Shown here: piece after piece, positions 1 to 13,395 of the stretch
Layout: each line of letters starts with the position of its first letter
Position numbering within the stretch: position 1 is the first letter of the stretch
Assembly (NCBI GenBank): GCA_013265495.1
Contig: MU058221.1
Span: 4,094,001 to 4,158,000, forward strand
DNA: 64,000 bases
Source: Vicugna vicugna
Taxonomy: Eukaryota
Direction: 5' to 3'
Position numbers and translations under genes: made by a program
Notes under the pieces: model-generated
What the model was told of the DNA's origin: nothing
What the model saw: only the letters and a program-made list of their open reading frames with translations
Database searches by the model: none

Positions 1-580
1 AAAAAGAACTTAGTAGAATGAAAACACAAGCCACTGACTGAGAGAGAATATTTACAAAACATAGATAAATCAAAGTTTCTGTTAAAGAACTGGTATCCAA
101 AATGTACAAAGAACACTAAAAAATCAACAATAAGAAAAACCCAGTTAAAATATGGGCAAAAGAACTGAACAGACACCTGTCAATGAAGATATGCAGGGAC
201 AAATAAGCATATAAAAAGGTGATGAATATAATTGGTTCTTAAAGAACTGCAGATTGAAACAGCAATGAGAGATCACCACTACCCATCTTATAGAATGGCT
301 AAAATCCAAAAAAATGGACAATACTAAATACTGACAAAGATGAACAGCGACAGTAACTCTCTTTTATTGCTGGTCAGAATGCAAAATACTGCAGCCAATT
401 TGGAAAACACTGTAGCAGCTTCTTACAAAGCAGTATTTAATATTCCTCTACGATGCAGTAAACGTGTTTCTAGGGATTTAGTCCATGTATTTGAAATTTT
501 ATGTCCACACAAATTTGTGCATTCTAATTTTTAATATCAGCTTTGTTTATAATTATTAAAATCTAGATGCAGCCAAGTAG
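1..580 (+). mobile_element. Old, degraded LINE-1 ORF2 3' fragment (L1M-type)
   Basis: Degenerate L1 ORF2 C-terminal motifs (aaaatatgggcaaaagaactgaacagacac, gaagatatgcagggacaaataagcatat, gcagccaatttggaaaac). It is homologous to the younger L1 at 33811-34855 but has many stops and indels. Confidence 0.85.
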
Positions 581-1677
581 TCTCTTGATCCTTTTTCTCG
601 ATTAAAGGAAAGCTCGTCTCTGGTCAACAGCAGTCGATTTAGCAAAGGTTTATTTATCCACTTGAACTATCCACAGCAAAGTTTCAATTACTTCATGCCA
701 ATTAATTACCTATTCTCCTCAAAATAAAATTTTAACAAAAATCAACACCTGGCTTTAATGGCTATTTATTCTGTTGGGAGAATAAAGCAAATAGAGCTTA
801 CCTGTTTTGAGAATTACCCAGAAGCAGGAAAGGATCTTCCTACTATTCCCATTCAAGTGCTATTAGGAGAACCATAAAAATGTGTTTATTATTAAGTGGA
901 AACAGAACAAGAGATTTCTTGAGTTGTCTTGTTTTGCACAATAGAAAGCTTCCTTTGAATTTACGCAGCTCTTGCATCAGGGTGAGTTTGCTGAGTTGAA
1001 GCGCCATTGTGCATGAGCCCCAGAGCAGAAAAAGAAGCACTTCCCAAGCCCCACTTCCTCCCCCTGTTCTCCGGAGGGTGCGCTGTAAATTACAGCGCCT
1101 GCGCACTACAGACTTCCCGTGTGGCCTGCGACAGCCAGTATAGCTGCCCCGAAGTGCATAGTGATCCCCAGGTTGCAGCTTAAATAGTGAGGAATTATAA
1201 TGGATGATGGAGAGTGAAGATACCCACTGTGTTCCCCTGGGAGAGGAGGGTGGCCTGCTAATGGTTGCAGACGAGATGCAAAATTTCAGGCCCGCTCCCC
1301 ACAGCTGCCCAGCACGGACACAGATCCTGGAGACGGACGCTGAATAAACCAAAGGGATTTTTCCGTTCATATTCTTTATACCTGATTTGCAAATATCATT
1401 GTTCTGGCAATGCATTCGCCATACACTGAAGTCACAGAGGCGCTTCTTAAAATGCAGTGCACTTTTGAGATACCTCTGTGGTCTCATCGCTTAATCTTCT
1501 CACTAAACTAACAAAAAAATAATGCATATATTATATTGGCCTGCATTTGTTTCTAAAAGTCCTGTCAGCATCATTCTGGCAATGAAAGATGAGTCATGTC
1601 AGGAAACCAGGGGTTAGGGATCCTGAATAGACAGGCAACTGTGAGACCCCTCAAATGCAGACACAGAGAATTCACTG

Positions 1678-2196
1678 TGAGATAAGGAAGAACAAATCTG
1701 ACTATGTATTAAATCTATTCCTTTAGCTCTAACCCTGTGCTCCGTTTCCGGCGCTGAGTCATGCTGGTTCTGCACCTTTTGTAAAAGAACATTGCCTATT
1801 GCCTGAACTATACAGGATAGCCCACTGTCAAGGATCTGACTTTTCAGGGTGTAACAATTTTCCATCCATATAGAGATAAAAAGTTGCAGAGCAGAGAATA
1901 GTATTTATCTTGTTAGAGGTCTACAGGGACATCATGACCTGGCCCACGTGCACAGCTGCAAGAACAAAGGATTCTGACACCAAGATGTTTGCAACAACCA
2001 ACCACACCTCCCTTCCCTTTTTGTATAAAAGGAGTTTGAGTTCTGACTTGGGCTAGATGGTTCTCTAGGACATTAGTTCTCCGTCTTCTCTGTCTGCTGA
2101 CTTTCTGAATAAAGTCATTATCCCTTGTCCCACACCTCGCCTCCCAATTTATTGGCCTGTCGTGTGACGAGCAGAACGAGTTTGGACTCGGTAACA
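1678..2196 (+). mobile_element. ERV1-class solo LTR (~519 bp; MER41/MER4-group-like, tentative)
   Basis: TG...CA termini (tgagataagg...ggtaaca), 4-bp TSD ACTG (1674-1677 / 2197-2200), TATA-like tataaaa near 2024 and AATAAA near 2108. Aligns end-to-end with the reverse complement of 52689-53209. Confidence 0.9.
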
Positions 2197-2997
2197 ACTG
2201 TTATTATAAGCAATGTTGTTCTGTAATGTTCTCAATACCCACATCAGCGCAGTGAAAACACCATGCGATTTACAAGAAAGCTTCCTGGAATCAAACAAGA
2301 AACAGCACTATGGGAAGTGTAAGGGCTAAGGGATGAAAACGGAGTTTGCCAGATTGGACTACATTTAGGCAGAAAACAGATTTGGCTCTGAACTCAGTAT
2401 TGCTAATAGGCCACTTCTCTGTTCCCCTCTCCAGCCCCTCCTGTCCCATATCTGACCAAGCAACATCTGACTGCCTCTAAAACTGACAGTGTTTCATTGT
2501 TCCAGGTTTCTATTTATTTCCAGTGTTTTACATCAGACCAGCCAGCCTACAACGTGCCAAGTATGTTACCCTGACCTTGAAACCCTCTGTCTTTGTCCCG
2601 CCCACACTCTTACATTGTGTTATGTTTTGAATATCCTTGGCCCTCATTATTTCTTGTTAACACATATTTTTTCCTGAATAGCGCTATTAAGATTTGATTA
2701 TGGATCTTGACATTCATACTTCTGTTTTTAATTTTTAAAACAAAATTTACTCCTTAAAATTTTGTGAAATATATCAGCAGTAAAAAGGTCACTTCCTATG
2801 ACTCTCCTCTTTCAAATCAGATCCCATCTTCCAACCGCCAGAACAAATGATTACTCCTATTTTTGATTCACTCACAGGGTTCTTTATTGTATTTATACAA
2901 GGAAATAAAAATCGATATTCATTTTCTTCCATTACATAACCAGACTCTACATCACTATGTTGCTCCGAACCTTGCTTTTTTTTTTTTTTTAATCTAA

Positions 2998-3310
2998 TAA
3001 GAGCTTACCTGATTAGGTCAGCCCTAACCAGGGTAATCTCACCTTTGATTAATTTAAAGTCAACTGATTACAAGGCCTTTATTACATCTTCAAAATCATT
3101 TTACAATTGACTTATAATCTGGAATAATCTCAGGAGTGACCTTTTACCCATATTTATTGGTTAAGAAACAAGTTCCAGGGCCTTTTACCCAACACTTTTA
3201 CCATATTTATTGGTTAAGAAACAAGTTCCAGGGCCAGCCTAGGACACTCAGGGATCTGGAAGTACACAAGGGCGTGGGTCATTAGATACCATCTTAGAAT
3301 TCTACCTACT
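2998..3310 (-). mobile_element. MaLR (MLT1-type) LTR fragment
   Basis: Motifs gattaggtcagccc...taatctcacctttgattaatttaaagtcaactgatta...ttacatct and ccatcttagaattctacctac, typical of antisense MLT1. Confidence 0.7.
3141..3235 (+). repeat. Local near-tandem duplication of ~41 bp
   Basis: cttttacc(c)atatttattggttaagaaacaagttccagggcc occurs at 3141-3182 and again at 3195-3235. Confidence 0.9.
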
Positions 3311-4029
3311 GCAGATATGTTCCCTAAAGTGAAATTGAGAGGTCCGTTGCAATTTGTTTTAAAAAATGGACAAAAGGCCCTTTCTAGAGAATCGTACTTT
3401 CAAAAAGCAATACCGTCCTATTTCCTTGTGGACCTCGACAGTATTATGTGTTAATACGTTTTGGAATGGTATCAGTTTAATAAGGGAATTGGCGATTCTC
3501 CATATAGCTTTAATTTTCTTCTATGTATTTTACATGAGATTCAGCAGCTTTTCCTGTATTCAAGTAAAGTTTATATGTTGTTTTCAATAATGCACTTTAA
3601 TTTCTTCTCCCATTTTTTCCCCATTGGGTTATTGGTCTCTATCTTATGTATCTGAGAATATTTTTTTAATACTAGAAAGATTAGACCTTCATCTGTAACA
3701 GAAGCAGTAAAGATCTCACAACTTCACAAGTTTGCCATCATTTTTTTTTTACTGTTTATCATTTTAAAAAATGTTGAACTATGAAAAATTTTTATTTTTA
3801 TATTAACAGATTCACATTTTTATTGCTTTTTTTTCAGTTTGAGTAACAGCTGACCGGGAAAAAGAATTGCTAATATTTTCTTCTCTTAATTTACGGTTGG
3901 TTTTATATTTACATGTTCTGTGTGTTGGGAATTTACTGGTGTATTCTGTTATATATAGATTTACATTTTTCAGTAGGCGATGCACACTATTTATTGCATA
4001 ATGTGTCTTCTTCCATTTGAATGAATTTC

Positions 4030-4450
4030 TTGCAGAAGACAGTATTTTCTAAAGATGGCTACATGATTTCCTTAAGATGAAACTTGCAATATGGCTTCTG
4101 CCTGGCTTTCTACCTGGAAATGTGCCTTTGGAACCTTGAGCCACCATGCAAGAAGTCCAGCCAGCCTGTCATCACGTTGGTGGAGAAACCACACGGAGAG
4201 GTCACACAGAGGTATAGGGACAGATGCCCAGGGAGCTTCTGCTTCCTCACTATCCAGTTTTTAGCCCAGGTTCCAGATGAATAAGTGAAAAAGATTTGGG
4301 GATGACCTCAGGACTAGCCAGAGTCAGAACCCCACAGCTAGGATGCTCCCAAATTCCTAATCCACAGAAAGCATGACTGATTATAAATGACAGTTGTTTT
4401 GAGCCACTAAATTTTAGGGTGATTTCCAACATAGTCATAGTCACCAGATT
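4030..4450 (+). mobile_element. MaLR (MLT1-type) LTR
   Basis: Contains ctaaagatggctaca, gagccaccatgcaagaagtcc, ggagaaaccacacggagag and the 3' end gttttgagccactaaattttagggtgattt. Confidence 0.75.
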
Positions 4451-4707
4451 GGTCTTGTGGTTTATAGGATTTTAAACCAGTTCGTTTTTATAGTTATGTT
4501 ACCAGAAACATCCCCATTTTAAACCTTTATTTATCTAATTGCCTTGGATAATAGTATTGGGGTAAATGATAATGACAAAAGAAGGCATCTTTCTTTTGTT
4601 CTGTCTCTGGCTGAAATATTTTCAGGGTTTCCTGATTAAGCAAAAAATTGCCTTTAAAACAAAAGAAACAGTTTAAATTTTGCTGAAGTATCTATATATT
4701 CCTAGTT

Positions 4708-5226
4708 TCTTTTTTAACATTTTTAAATTGAGTTATAGTCATTTTACAATGTGTCAAATTCCAGTGTAGAGCACAATTTTTCAGTTATACATGAACATAC
4801 ATACATTCATTGTCACATTCTATTTTGCTGTGAGCCCCTACAAGATCCTGTATCTATTTCCCTGTGCTACACAGTACAATCTTGTTTATCTATGCTACAT
4901 TTTGAAATCCCAGTTCCTTCCCACTCCCCGTCCCCCTGGCAACCACAAGTTTGTATTCTATGTCTATGAGTCTATTTCTGTTTTGTATTTCTGTTTTGTT
5001 TTTTGTGTTTTTTAGATTCCGCCTATGAGCGATCTCGTATGGTATTTTTCTTTCCCTTTCTGGCTTACTTCACTTAGAATGACATTCTCCAGGGACATCC
5101 ATGTTGCTGCAAATGGCGTTATGCTGTTGGTTTTAATGGCTGCATAGTATTCCATTGTATAAATATACCACATCTTCTTTATCCAGTCATCTGTTGATGG
5201 ACATCTAGGCTGTTTCCATGTCTTGG
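4708..5226 (-). mobile_element. Young lineage-specific LINE-1 3' end (ORF2 tail plus 3' UTR), antisense
   Basis: Reverse complement closely matches about 34335-34855. T-rich start corresponds to the poly(A) tail. Confidence 0.93.
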
Positions 5227-8061
5227 TTTTTAAATGACTGTGTCATCCTAGAAATATGACTGTCACAAAAATTCTGGCACTTTTCACTTTGAGTGCTCAG
5301 GGTGTACACTCAGCTGGCCAAATTCAGTTGCAAGTACAATATTCAGATTTTCCTAATGGTGATTTGCAGCCTTTGGCTCTACTCAATGCTATAGAATGCT
5401 GGATTATTTATATGTGTTTATATTTCATTTTATAGATTAATTCCCATGTCCAGGTTACCACATGTAGAAAAGACGCCCTTCTCTCTGTTAAACCCACGCA
5501 TCTCCAAGGTGCTCCTTTAAGAGAGGAGTAAAATCCTGCCGTCACCCCATGAGCCCCAGACAGCACCGTGTGCTATTTCAATGCTTTTTCCTGAGCTTAA
5601 TATGTATTTTTTTTGTGTGAGTAGCAGTGTATTTGTTCCGAGTGTTAAATGAGTGGCATGTTGAGAATATTTAAAATTCATGAGTATTCTATTTACATCC
5701 AAAGCGGGAATGTGTTTTCCCATTTCAAGAAATTTTCTGAGCCAGATTGCAGGAAAAAAAGATTATTTATGAAACTCATCGTTGAATATCCTGGTATTAC
5801 TTTGGGGAAATCATCAATCTTATCCCAGATTTCAGCAATTTATAGAAATGACAAAGACGATGATAAAGAGAAAGTCTTAGATGCAAATAGTTACATGTGT
5901 TTAATGAGGACATTGTCCCTCCTGTGAGATAACAAGAGAATTTCACACGATCTGCCCCCAGGTAAGACGATTAAAGTCATATACAGCCAATAATTTATAC
6001 AGCATTTCCTTAAAATGTTTATGCAGTCAAGGTTTACCAGTTCCTTTAAGAATAAATACCAGTTATTCACAGTCTTGGCTTTCAATCAGTAAAAAAAAAA
6101 TCCAAGTAGATCCTTCCATTGTAGAATAACTTTTTCCACCTAATTCACCATCAGTGGGTATTAATTGTCTCCAACAACCTCATGTTATTTATTTAATGAT
6201 AGCCTTTGTCTCTCTCTCCCTCCTTGTGCTAAACAGAACTCCGTCTTTTCTCAGGTAGCCTTCCCTTACTTACTTCCAGTAGGTAATTTGGCGATGCTCA
6301 GGGAATGCCTCATTTGTACCAGGAGCTATTAATTGCTGGAAATGCAGTGATAACTCAGAAAGACAAAGCTCCTGCTCTCACCGTATTTGTGAAGTAAATG
6401 AGGGAGTGAATGAATGATTGTTAGTATTACTGCTGCTTCGTTGAAGACGGGCAGCCTTCCTTTTTCACATTTGCATCCTCTTTGCCTAAGATTGTCTCCG
6501 GTGTTTAAGAAACATTGATTTGTTTAAAGAGGATGCAGTAGAATGGTATTCAGACAGGAATACTGAGGAATATTGGAATATTGAGGAAGCAGAACCAGAG
6601 TATATAGTTGATACTAGTTTGATTCTGAAAACTAAATGGAAGAAGATGGCCAGAGCTGTGTTGGTGGGCGAGAGAAAGAGAGACAGAGAAGAAATGAGCC
6701 AAAGGCTCAACCTCTGGGTGGACATATAGCTGAGGAGAATGAGAAGGTGGAGATAAACAGAAATGGAGCAAAAAAGACAGTGGGACTGACAATGGGAAGC
6801 AGACAATTGTGCAGAGAGGCAGAGGAACCACACTGTGTGGCGTCACTGACCTGAAGGGAGCAGTGAGATGCTGAGTGGTCCAGAGAACTAGGTCCAGAAG
6901 AAGGAGGCTGACAGAAATGACTTCAGATCTCACACGATGTCAGGGGTTCCTCTGAAAGCCCGATTTGTTTGATGGCTTCATGTGTCTAAGGTTTCTCTTT
7001 CTAACAGTTTGTAAATATCTGTCACAAGGGCAGAGACCACATTTTAATTTTACTCAACTCCTTTACCGCTTCTGACCCACCGGTGTTGTCAGAGCATTTG
7101 CTGGAAAACGTGCTGACTTATCTCCACCATTAGTCACATCACTTCACTGTCTTCTGTCTTCCCTGACGTTTCTCATTTCATGAATTTATCTTTCCTGCTT
7201 CTGGAGAACCTTTCCGTGCTATATATCCTGTTCAATGTTTCCATCCTTTCTTTGCTTTCTTTTTCTAACTTTGAAAATCTCAATCCTTATGAAGACTAGT
7301 AGTCAGAGCGGGTCCCTCCCGTTAACTAAAAGCTCAGTCTATGTAAAAAAAAAAAAAAGGCGTTAGAACATAAAATAAGGAGCTAATAAGTTTAATTGGA
7401 ATCTCTGTCATATACAGAATAGTTGAAGATATATTTTTCCAATTGTTTGAAACTAACTCTGTTTATTCATACATCAAACTTTGCCTACCAAGACAGCATA
7501 GTTTGATGGCCTTGCACTTAAATATCACACCTGGCAGGGACGTGCCTCCTCTGTGGCCAGGTGGGCCAGTTTTACATGCATTTCTCCACTCATACACCTA
7601 GAGTCATCTTGGCACTTGCAATCAAGTCATCCTTCTGATAATGTAACTCTTCCCTAGTGTGCCTCAACTGTAATGTTTGAACTCTTGCCTTGTCCCTTAG
7701 AATCTTGTTCTAGGTTCCTGGATTCACCTACCCATACAAGTTTCTTTGTTTCCTTTGCCTATACCCCTGTCTTGGTACTTTGTACAATATCTCTGAGTTC
7801 CCTAGAGCCAGGATCCAAAATCTTGTGGGAAATGACGTAAGCTCTAGATCCTGCATCTTAACTTCGCTATGGAACAAAAGCCTCAAGATGCTGAAGAAGC
7901 AAAACTGGCCACCTTGACAGCGTTTGTGAAGACCTGTCCTGGATAAGGGGCAGGAAACTCCTGAGTCCAGGCTGTCGGAGATCCCCTACTAGTTAGGGAG
8001 GGGCGGGATTACCGAGAAAGTCCCACTCCAAAGTCAGGAACGTAACACTTGATTAGGACTG

Positions 8062-8270
8062 GATAAACTGGGGGTTCAGGATTTGTAGATACAAACTACT
8101 ATACATAAAATAGATAAACAACAATGTCCTACTGTATTCAATACCTATAATAGCCTATAATGAAAAAGAATATGAAAAGGAATATATATGTCTGACTGAA
8201 TCAGTGTGCTATTCTCCAGAAATTAACAGAACATTGTAAACCAACTATACTTCAATCAATCAATCAGAAA
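8062..8270 (+). mobile_element. 5'-truncated L1 3' UTR insertion
   Basis: L1 3' UTR motifs (gatacaaactactatacataaaatagataaacaac...aacattgtaaaccaactatacttcaat). Imperfect TSD gattaggactg (8051-8061) / gactaagactg (8271-8281). Confidence 0.85.
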
Positions 8271-8559
8271 GACTAAGACTGAACCAGAACGATAGAAAAT
8301 GTCTCGCCCTATATTTAGCCAACAAGTCTACAGCTGGGGATGGGACAAGTGTAGGAACAGAACGTCTCTGAGCTCAAAGTTGAGGGTGGAGCAGACGCTG
8401 ATGAAAACTCCTGACCAAGTGGTTGGTGCCCACAGTAAACAGAAGGTAATGCCAGGCGGCTTTGAAGCCTGTAGTTTGCGGAGGGTGACAGTAGTAACAG
8501 CGAAGTTCAAACCCAGCTCAGCACCTGATGCCACTGACGCAACAGTGGCCCACAGTAAA

Positions 8560-10100
8560 GTCCTTGCTGAAAGGAAGTGTGCCCATTTCCTGGCATGTAG
8601 GTCATTCATCTCAGTCTCAACTGCTTCAAACAAGATGTCTGGCTTTCAACCAAAAATTTAGATGAAGCACAAGAGAACAAGAAATAAAATGATATGCTCC
8701 AAGAGAAAAAAATCAGTTTCCAAAAACAAACTGAGAGATATGGCCCAGATGCTGGAACATCTGGACAGAAAATTTAATTTAATTATTATTAATACATTAC
8801 AGTTTCTATTAGAAAGGGTAGACATCGTATATGAACAAACAGGGAATTCTAGCAGAGCTGCGGAAGGAGGAGAGAGAGACCATAGGTCGAATAAATATTT
8901 CAACAGATGATGGTTGAGAATTTCCAAATCTAATGAAAGAAAACAAAAGATTTAAGAAGCAAAGGAAATACCAATCAGGACTAAATAAATAAGTAAATGT
9001 CAAATAAGTAAATGAGCAGAAAAAAAAATCATGAATATAGATCAGATTCAATTTGCTGAAAAGAATAAATTAGAAATTTTTGAAGGCAGTGAGCAGATAA
9101 AAGACACGCTACATACAGAGGGACAAAGAACACCAGCATTCTCGGGAGAGCATCTGTAAGTCAAAGACAACGGCAGAGTACCCGCCTTTCAAGTACCGAA
9201 AGAAGATCTGTTAACCCCGAGTTCTACATCCCGTGAAAACACCTTTCAAAAAATGAAAAAGAAGATCTTTTCAGACAAAAACTGGCAGAATTCTTTGACA
9301 GTATGTTTGCACTGTAAGTATTATTAAAGGAATTTTTAAACAAAAGAATAATATCAGACAGAAATTAGAACTATACGCACGTACACAAACATACAAATGA
9401 AGAATAGTAGAAATGTGTTGCTTTGCAAATTTGGGAACTTCTCAGGTAAAGTCGGAAACTGGCCCCCCGTACGTGGAGGCAAGGAGAGAATGAAGAAAGA
9501 GACAGACCGCTACGATGGGGAGGGGGCAGATTTGATAAGCAAGGGAAGGTATAGTCCAGGCTTGTCTTGGGCGGCAGCAAGAGGCATAGATCCCTGCATT
9601 CACCTGCTAGAATTCTGAGTTTATACAGTGGCCTTAACTGGGTTCATTTACTGCTCTCATCACATTGCTCTCTCAAGGCTGCGTCCTTGAAAGCAGCTCC
9701 AGCCATGGGAACGATGAGCAAGTCTACATTCCAAGGATGGAGGAAGAGGGTGGTGGAGGGATGGGTGAAGGACCTCCAACTTCCCTGGTCCATCTCGAGG
9801 GACAACCGGTGGTGGGGTCCTCTTGATGACTTCCTCCAACAAAATGACCTAAAGTAAATATAAAATTTAATTCTTCTTTATTTTCAATGGCCAAAATATG
9901 TAACTCTACGTCAAAAATGACAGCAACGTATTGTATACTTAGGGCATATGTCAATGTAAAAAGTATGACCATGACAGCACAGAGAAAGGAAGGAGGGACT
10001 GAGGTACAATTCTGTGAAGTCCTCACAGGACACCTGAAGTTGTATGCTATTTTAAGGTGGACTCGAGCTAATTAAACACGTGTAAACTAGGCTCTAGGCA
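8560..10100 (+). mobile_element. Ancient L1 (L1M) 5'/ORF1-region remnants, interrupted by an LTR
   Basis: A-rich degenerate L1 ORF1-like motifs (gatggttgagaatttccaaatctaatgaaaga, gagttctacatcccgtgaaaacacctttcaaaaaatgaa, ttttcagacaaaaactggcagaattc). No intact ORF. Confidence 0.65.
9416..9841 (-). mobile_element. Solo LTR (426 bp) with 5-bp TSD
   Basis: Termini tgttg...caaca are perfect 5-bp inverted ends. Flanked by AAATG at 9411-9415 and 9842-9846. GC-richer than the surrounding A-rich L1. Strand is tentative. Confidence 0.8.
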
Positions 10101-10127
10101 AACAACCGGCAGTCTGAGAAAACAAGA

Positions 10128-10674
10128 TGTGTGTCACGTTGACCTGTCCCTGCTGCCTGAGCAGACGGAGCAGCCCTCATCCGAGGGGGAAGCGTCCACG
10201 AGCTTTGGGGGAACTATAAACCCAAAAAAACTGACCTGCAGCCCAACAGAGAGATGCCAGGAGAGTCCAACACTGAGTGTGAGATTGAGGCACATGTTAG
10301 TAGGCGAACTTCCTCCTTCTCCATCTACACCACTAGGGAAAGCCTGGAAGGGGACACTGCCACCAAGGACACGTAAGAGGTGCCACACGTCATGAAGGGC
10401 AGAAGGTGTTTTGATACGTGCTAAGCATCCATGATGCGCTGATTAGGAAGCAGGCAGTGAGAGCATGCATCCTGGGCTGTCTCGGACGTACAAGACCACC
10501 ATTTCTTCCCGGCTTGCTCCCCTTAAAAAGGCGCCCTGCCCATGTTAGGGTGCAAACAGTAAGAGCCGCTGAAGCCACTCCCAGGCTTGGCTGCCTCAGC
10601 TCTTTCTCAGACCTGTGTGGCTGGGGGGTGCTTGCAAGTAAGCGCTCACAGAAGGCCGTGAATAATCACCTACA
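10128..10674 (+). mobile_element. Probable LTR-like element
   Basis: TG start, ends in cctaca, has a TATA-like cccttaaaaagg near 10521, and composition shifts relative to the flanks. No clean TSD. Confidence 0.4.
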
Positions 10675-11589
10675 TCAAGGCTAAGCCCATCACTCCAGGG
10701 ACAAGGAGTGAATTACTGACTCCAGACAGACCATGCCTGGTACATTTGTATACAGGATGACTAACGCGAAAACCTCTACCCTGAACATCCATTCTTCCTT
10801 TCTTAATACCTAGCTCATCTGGAGACAGTGGGCTGGAGCACCAAACTGTCGATTTCAGAACCGCCGTTAAATCAGTTGTGTTTCCCATCCAGACCGCGTC
10901 CATGCCAGCAGCTAAAGGTTTATGTTTATGTAATAAAGCACCAAGACATTTACGAAAGCCTGTCATGCTAACAGACCGTGTTCTTCTAACGCTGATCCTC
11001 TCACTCCCACCCTCCCCGCCCTCCCATGTCCACCCCGCATCCCCTCTGGTACCTAGCGGATTCTCCAAGGCTCTGAAACAGTCACAGAGAACTTCGGATC
11101 GGACCCTTGGATTTTTTCTGATTTAGAGTTTCTTCCCTGGAGCCTTAGATGAGGCAGCACAAAACTGCTGTTCATCCTTCCGCCCTCTTACCTGGTCTCG
11201 AACACTGAACAGCTGACAGGAGGAGGAGGGGGCGGCTGACGGAGGGAGAACCCTTGGCAGAGCAGCGCAGCAGGACCGAAGGGATGCCCCGCTGCGATGT
11301 TACACCCAAGGCTTTGCGCCTTCAGGACATTTCTGTTTATGCTTCTACTGGGGAGAAGCAGAGGTTCAGATTCAAGTTCAAGTCTGCTTTCTGTTTCCTA
11401 GTAACTTGATGACTTTAGTCACTAACTTCTGCCTCCTGAACTGTCATCAAAAGAATCTCTATTTATGACACTCAGCTTTAGCGTATATGAATATGTGTGT
11501 GTGGGTATGAAGGGCTGAACTGTGTGTGTGTGTGTATATGCACAAACTTTACATACACCTTACACTTCTATTTCTGGAATTTTGTTGCG

Positions 11590-11790
11590 CAGAACAGTGG
11601 GTCAAGGGAGCAGAAACCTAAATTAAAATTCTAGTCTCAATATTTTCGTCATAATTTAGGGACATTTCACTCAGATCCTCTGTTTCCATTTCCATAATAA
11701 CTTCTGCCTCAAAGATTTATTCGTAAAGATTAAACAAATGATAATGTATGTAAATGCTCCAAGGATAGTTTCTGGCACATGGTGAAAACA
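11590..11790 (+). mobile_element. MIR SINE
   Basis: MIR core and tail motifs: ctctgtttcc...ctgcctcaaagatttattcgtaaagattaaacaaatgataatgtatgtaaatgctc...ctggcacatggt. Confidence 0.7.
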
Positions 11791-13395
11791 AATGGAGTTT
11801 GTTTCCTTTCTTTGATTGATTCCCACTAAACTAATCAATGTGTAAAACACTTAGCACCTGACCCATCCTATGCACATTGTAAGTTATTATTACATTTTTT
11901 AACTTCCTGTGTCCTTCACACTCTCCTCTCTTTACCCTTCTACGGAGAGTCATATTATTTGGGGTGATTTTGACAGTATGTGTCACACAATTAAAATGTA
12001 TAAATATCTTTTAATCAGAGCTGAAATCTTGTCTTTGTTAAATAATTCCCAACACCCGGCAGCTGCCGTCCACCTTGGTCGCCGGCTGCAACCTCCATAA
12101 CCACACACGGGGAGGGGGGCCGGGGCCCCTCTGTTTACTAAGCACAAATCTGCTGACATGAGAAGGTAATTTGAGAATAATGAACATTCCTGCAAGGTAC
12201 ACACTGACGCTACTGTAAATTCTCCCCCTTAAGTTTACTCATCTATCAAACAGAACAGAGGTTTTCACCTTATCTTCTGGAAATTGCTGCCAAGCACATG
12301 TATTGATTTCTCTGGCCATTTAATGGGCTGGATGTCTATTATATTTTACCACGTTGGTAAACGGGGTTTATTTAATCCCATTCTCAGTTTAAAAGGTTCC
12401 AGCATTGATAAAATCTGCAAAGACAGATGTGCAATAAATCGTGCTCTTTGAATGGAATTACTACAGAGAATAAAATGCCAAAGAATGGTCCTCACCCCAA
12501 AGTCTAAATCGCCTGAGGATTTCTCTACTTCGAATATATTTTGGAAGCAGCACTGTTGACAAGTTGAATTATTTAACCCCTGTGAATTCGGCTTCTCTTT
12601 TGAAAAATCCGTTTTCTCGTGTCAGAGTCATTTACTCACAAGTAAAGGAAAAAGATGGAAAATTATACCATCCATTGTACTGATTTATTCAGCAAATTGG
12701 TGAAATGTAAGCAATATCAAATTTAATTTTCTATCCATGACCCACATCCTCTCTCTCCATGGTAAACAAACGATGGGCCTTATGTTCAATTATATATGTT
12801 TATTATATATAAAGACATATTTATATAGACACATGTATGTTCATGTTTATATTTATATTTTTACACTTGCCACAAACTGCTCCTCCTGCCTGCTTCAAAT
12901 TTGACAATCACCAGTTTGCTGTATACATTTCTCCAGTGATAAATGACTATTTTATATCCAATTGTTTCATTTATATATTCCTCATCATATTTCTTATTTT
13001 GCAAGCCCCTTAGGAATGACTGAATTCTATTCCTCGTTTGGCCTCCACAGAGAGTGTATCCAACATCATGGGCACAACATCATGTGTATGAGCAATATTT
13101 TGATCTCCAAAAGACTCATGCTCATAGTGAACTCAGAAAAACAAAAAGCAAAAATCTAGACGAGAACTTTGCAGGAATTTAACAACAATGCAAATCAATC
13201 AGAATCGGCCATTGTGTCCGCTTGGCAAATTTCCATGAGACTGTGTTGTGGATACAAGTTCATCTTTTGCTTTGACTCAGCATTATACCATGAGCATTCC
13301 ATCCAGCCTCTTTTAAATATCATCTTTATGGCTGCTTTATAGTTTCTTTAATGGATGCATACTTATATTCTTGGATCTCTATTTTTAAAAACTAC

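Noticed and set aside
843..1487. Longest ORF in the track (214 aa, minus strand)
   Set aside because: No recognisable domain or coding-like composition, and no exon structure I can support; consistent with chance.
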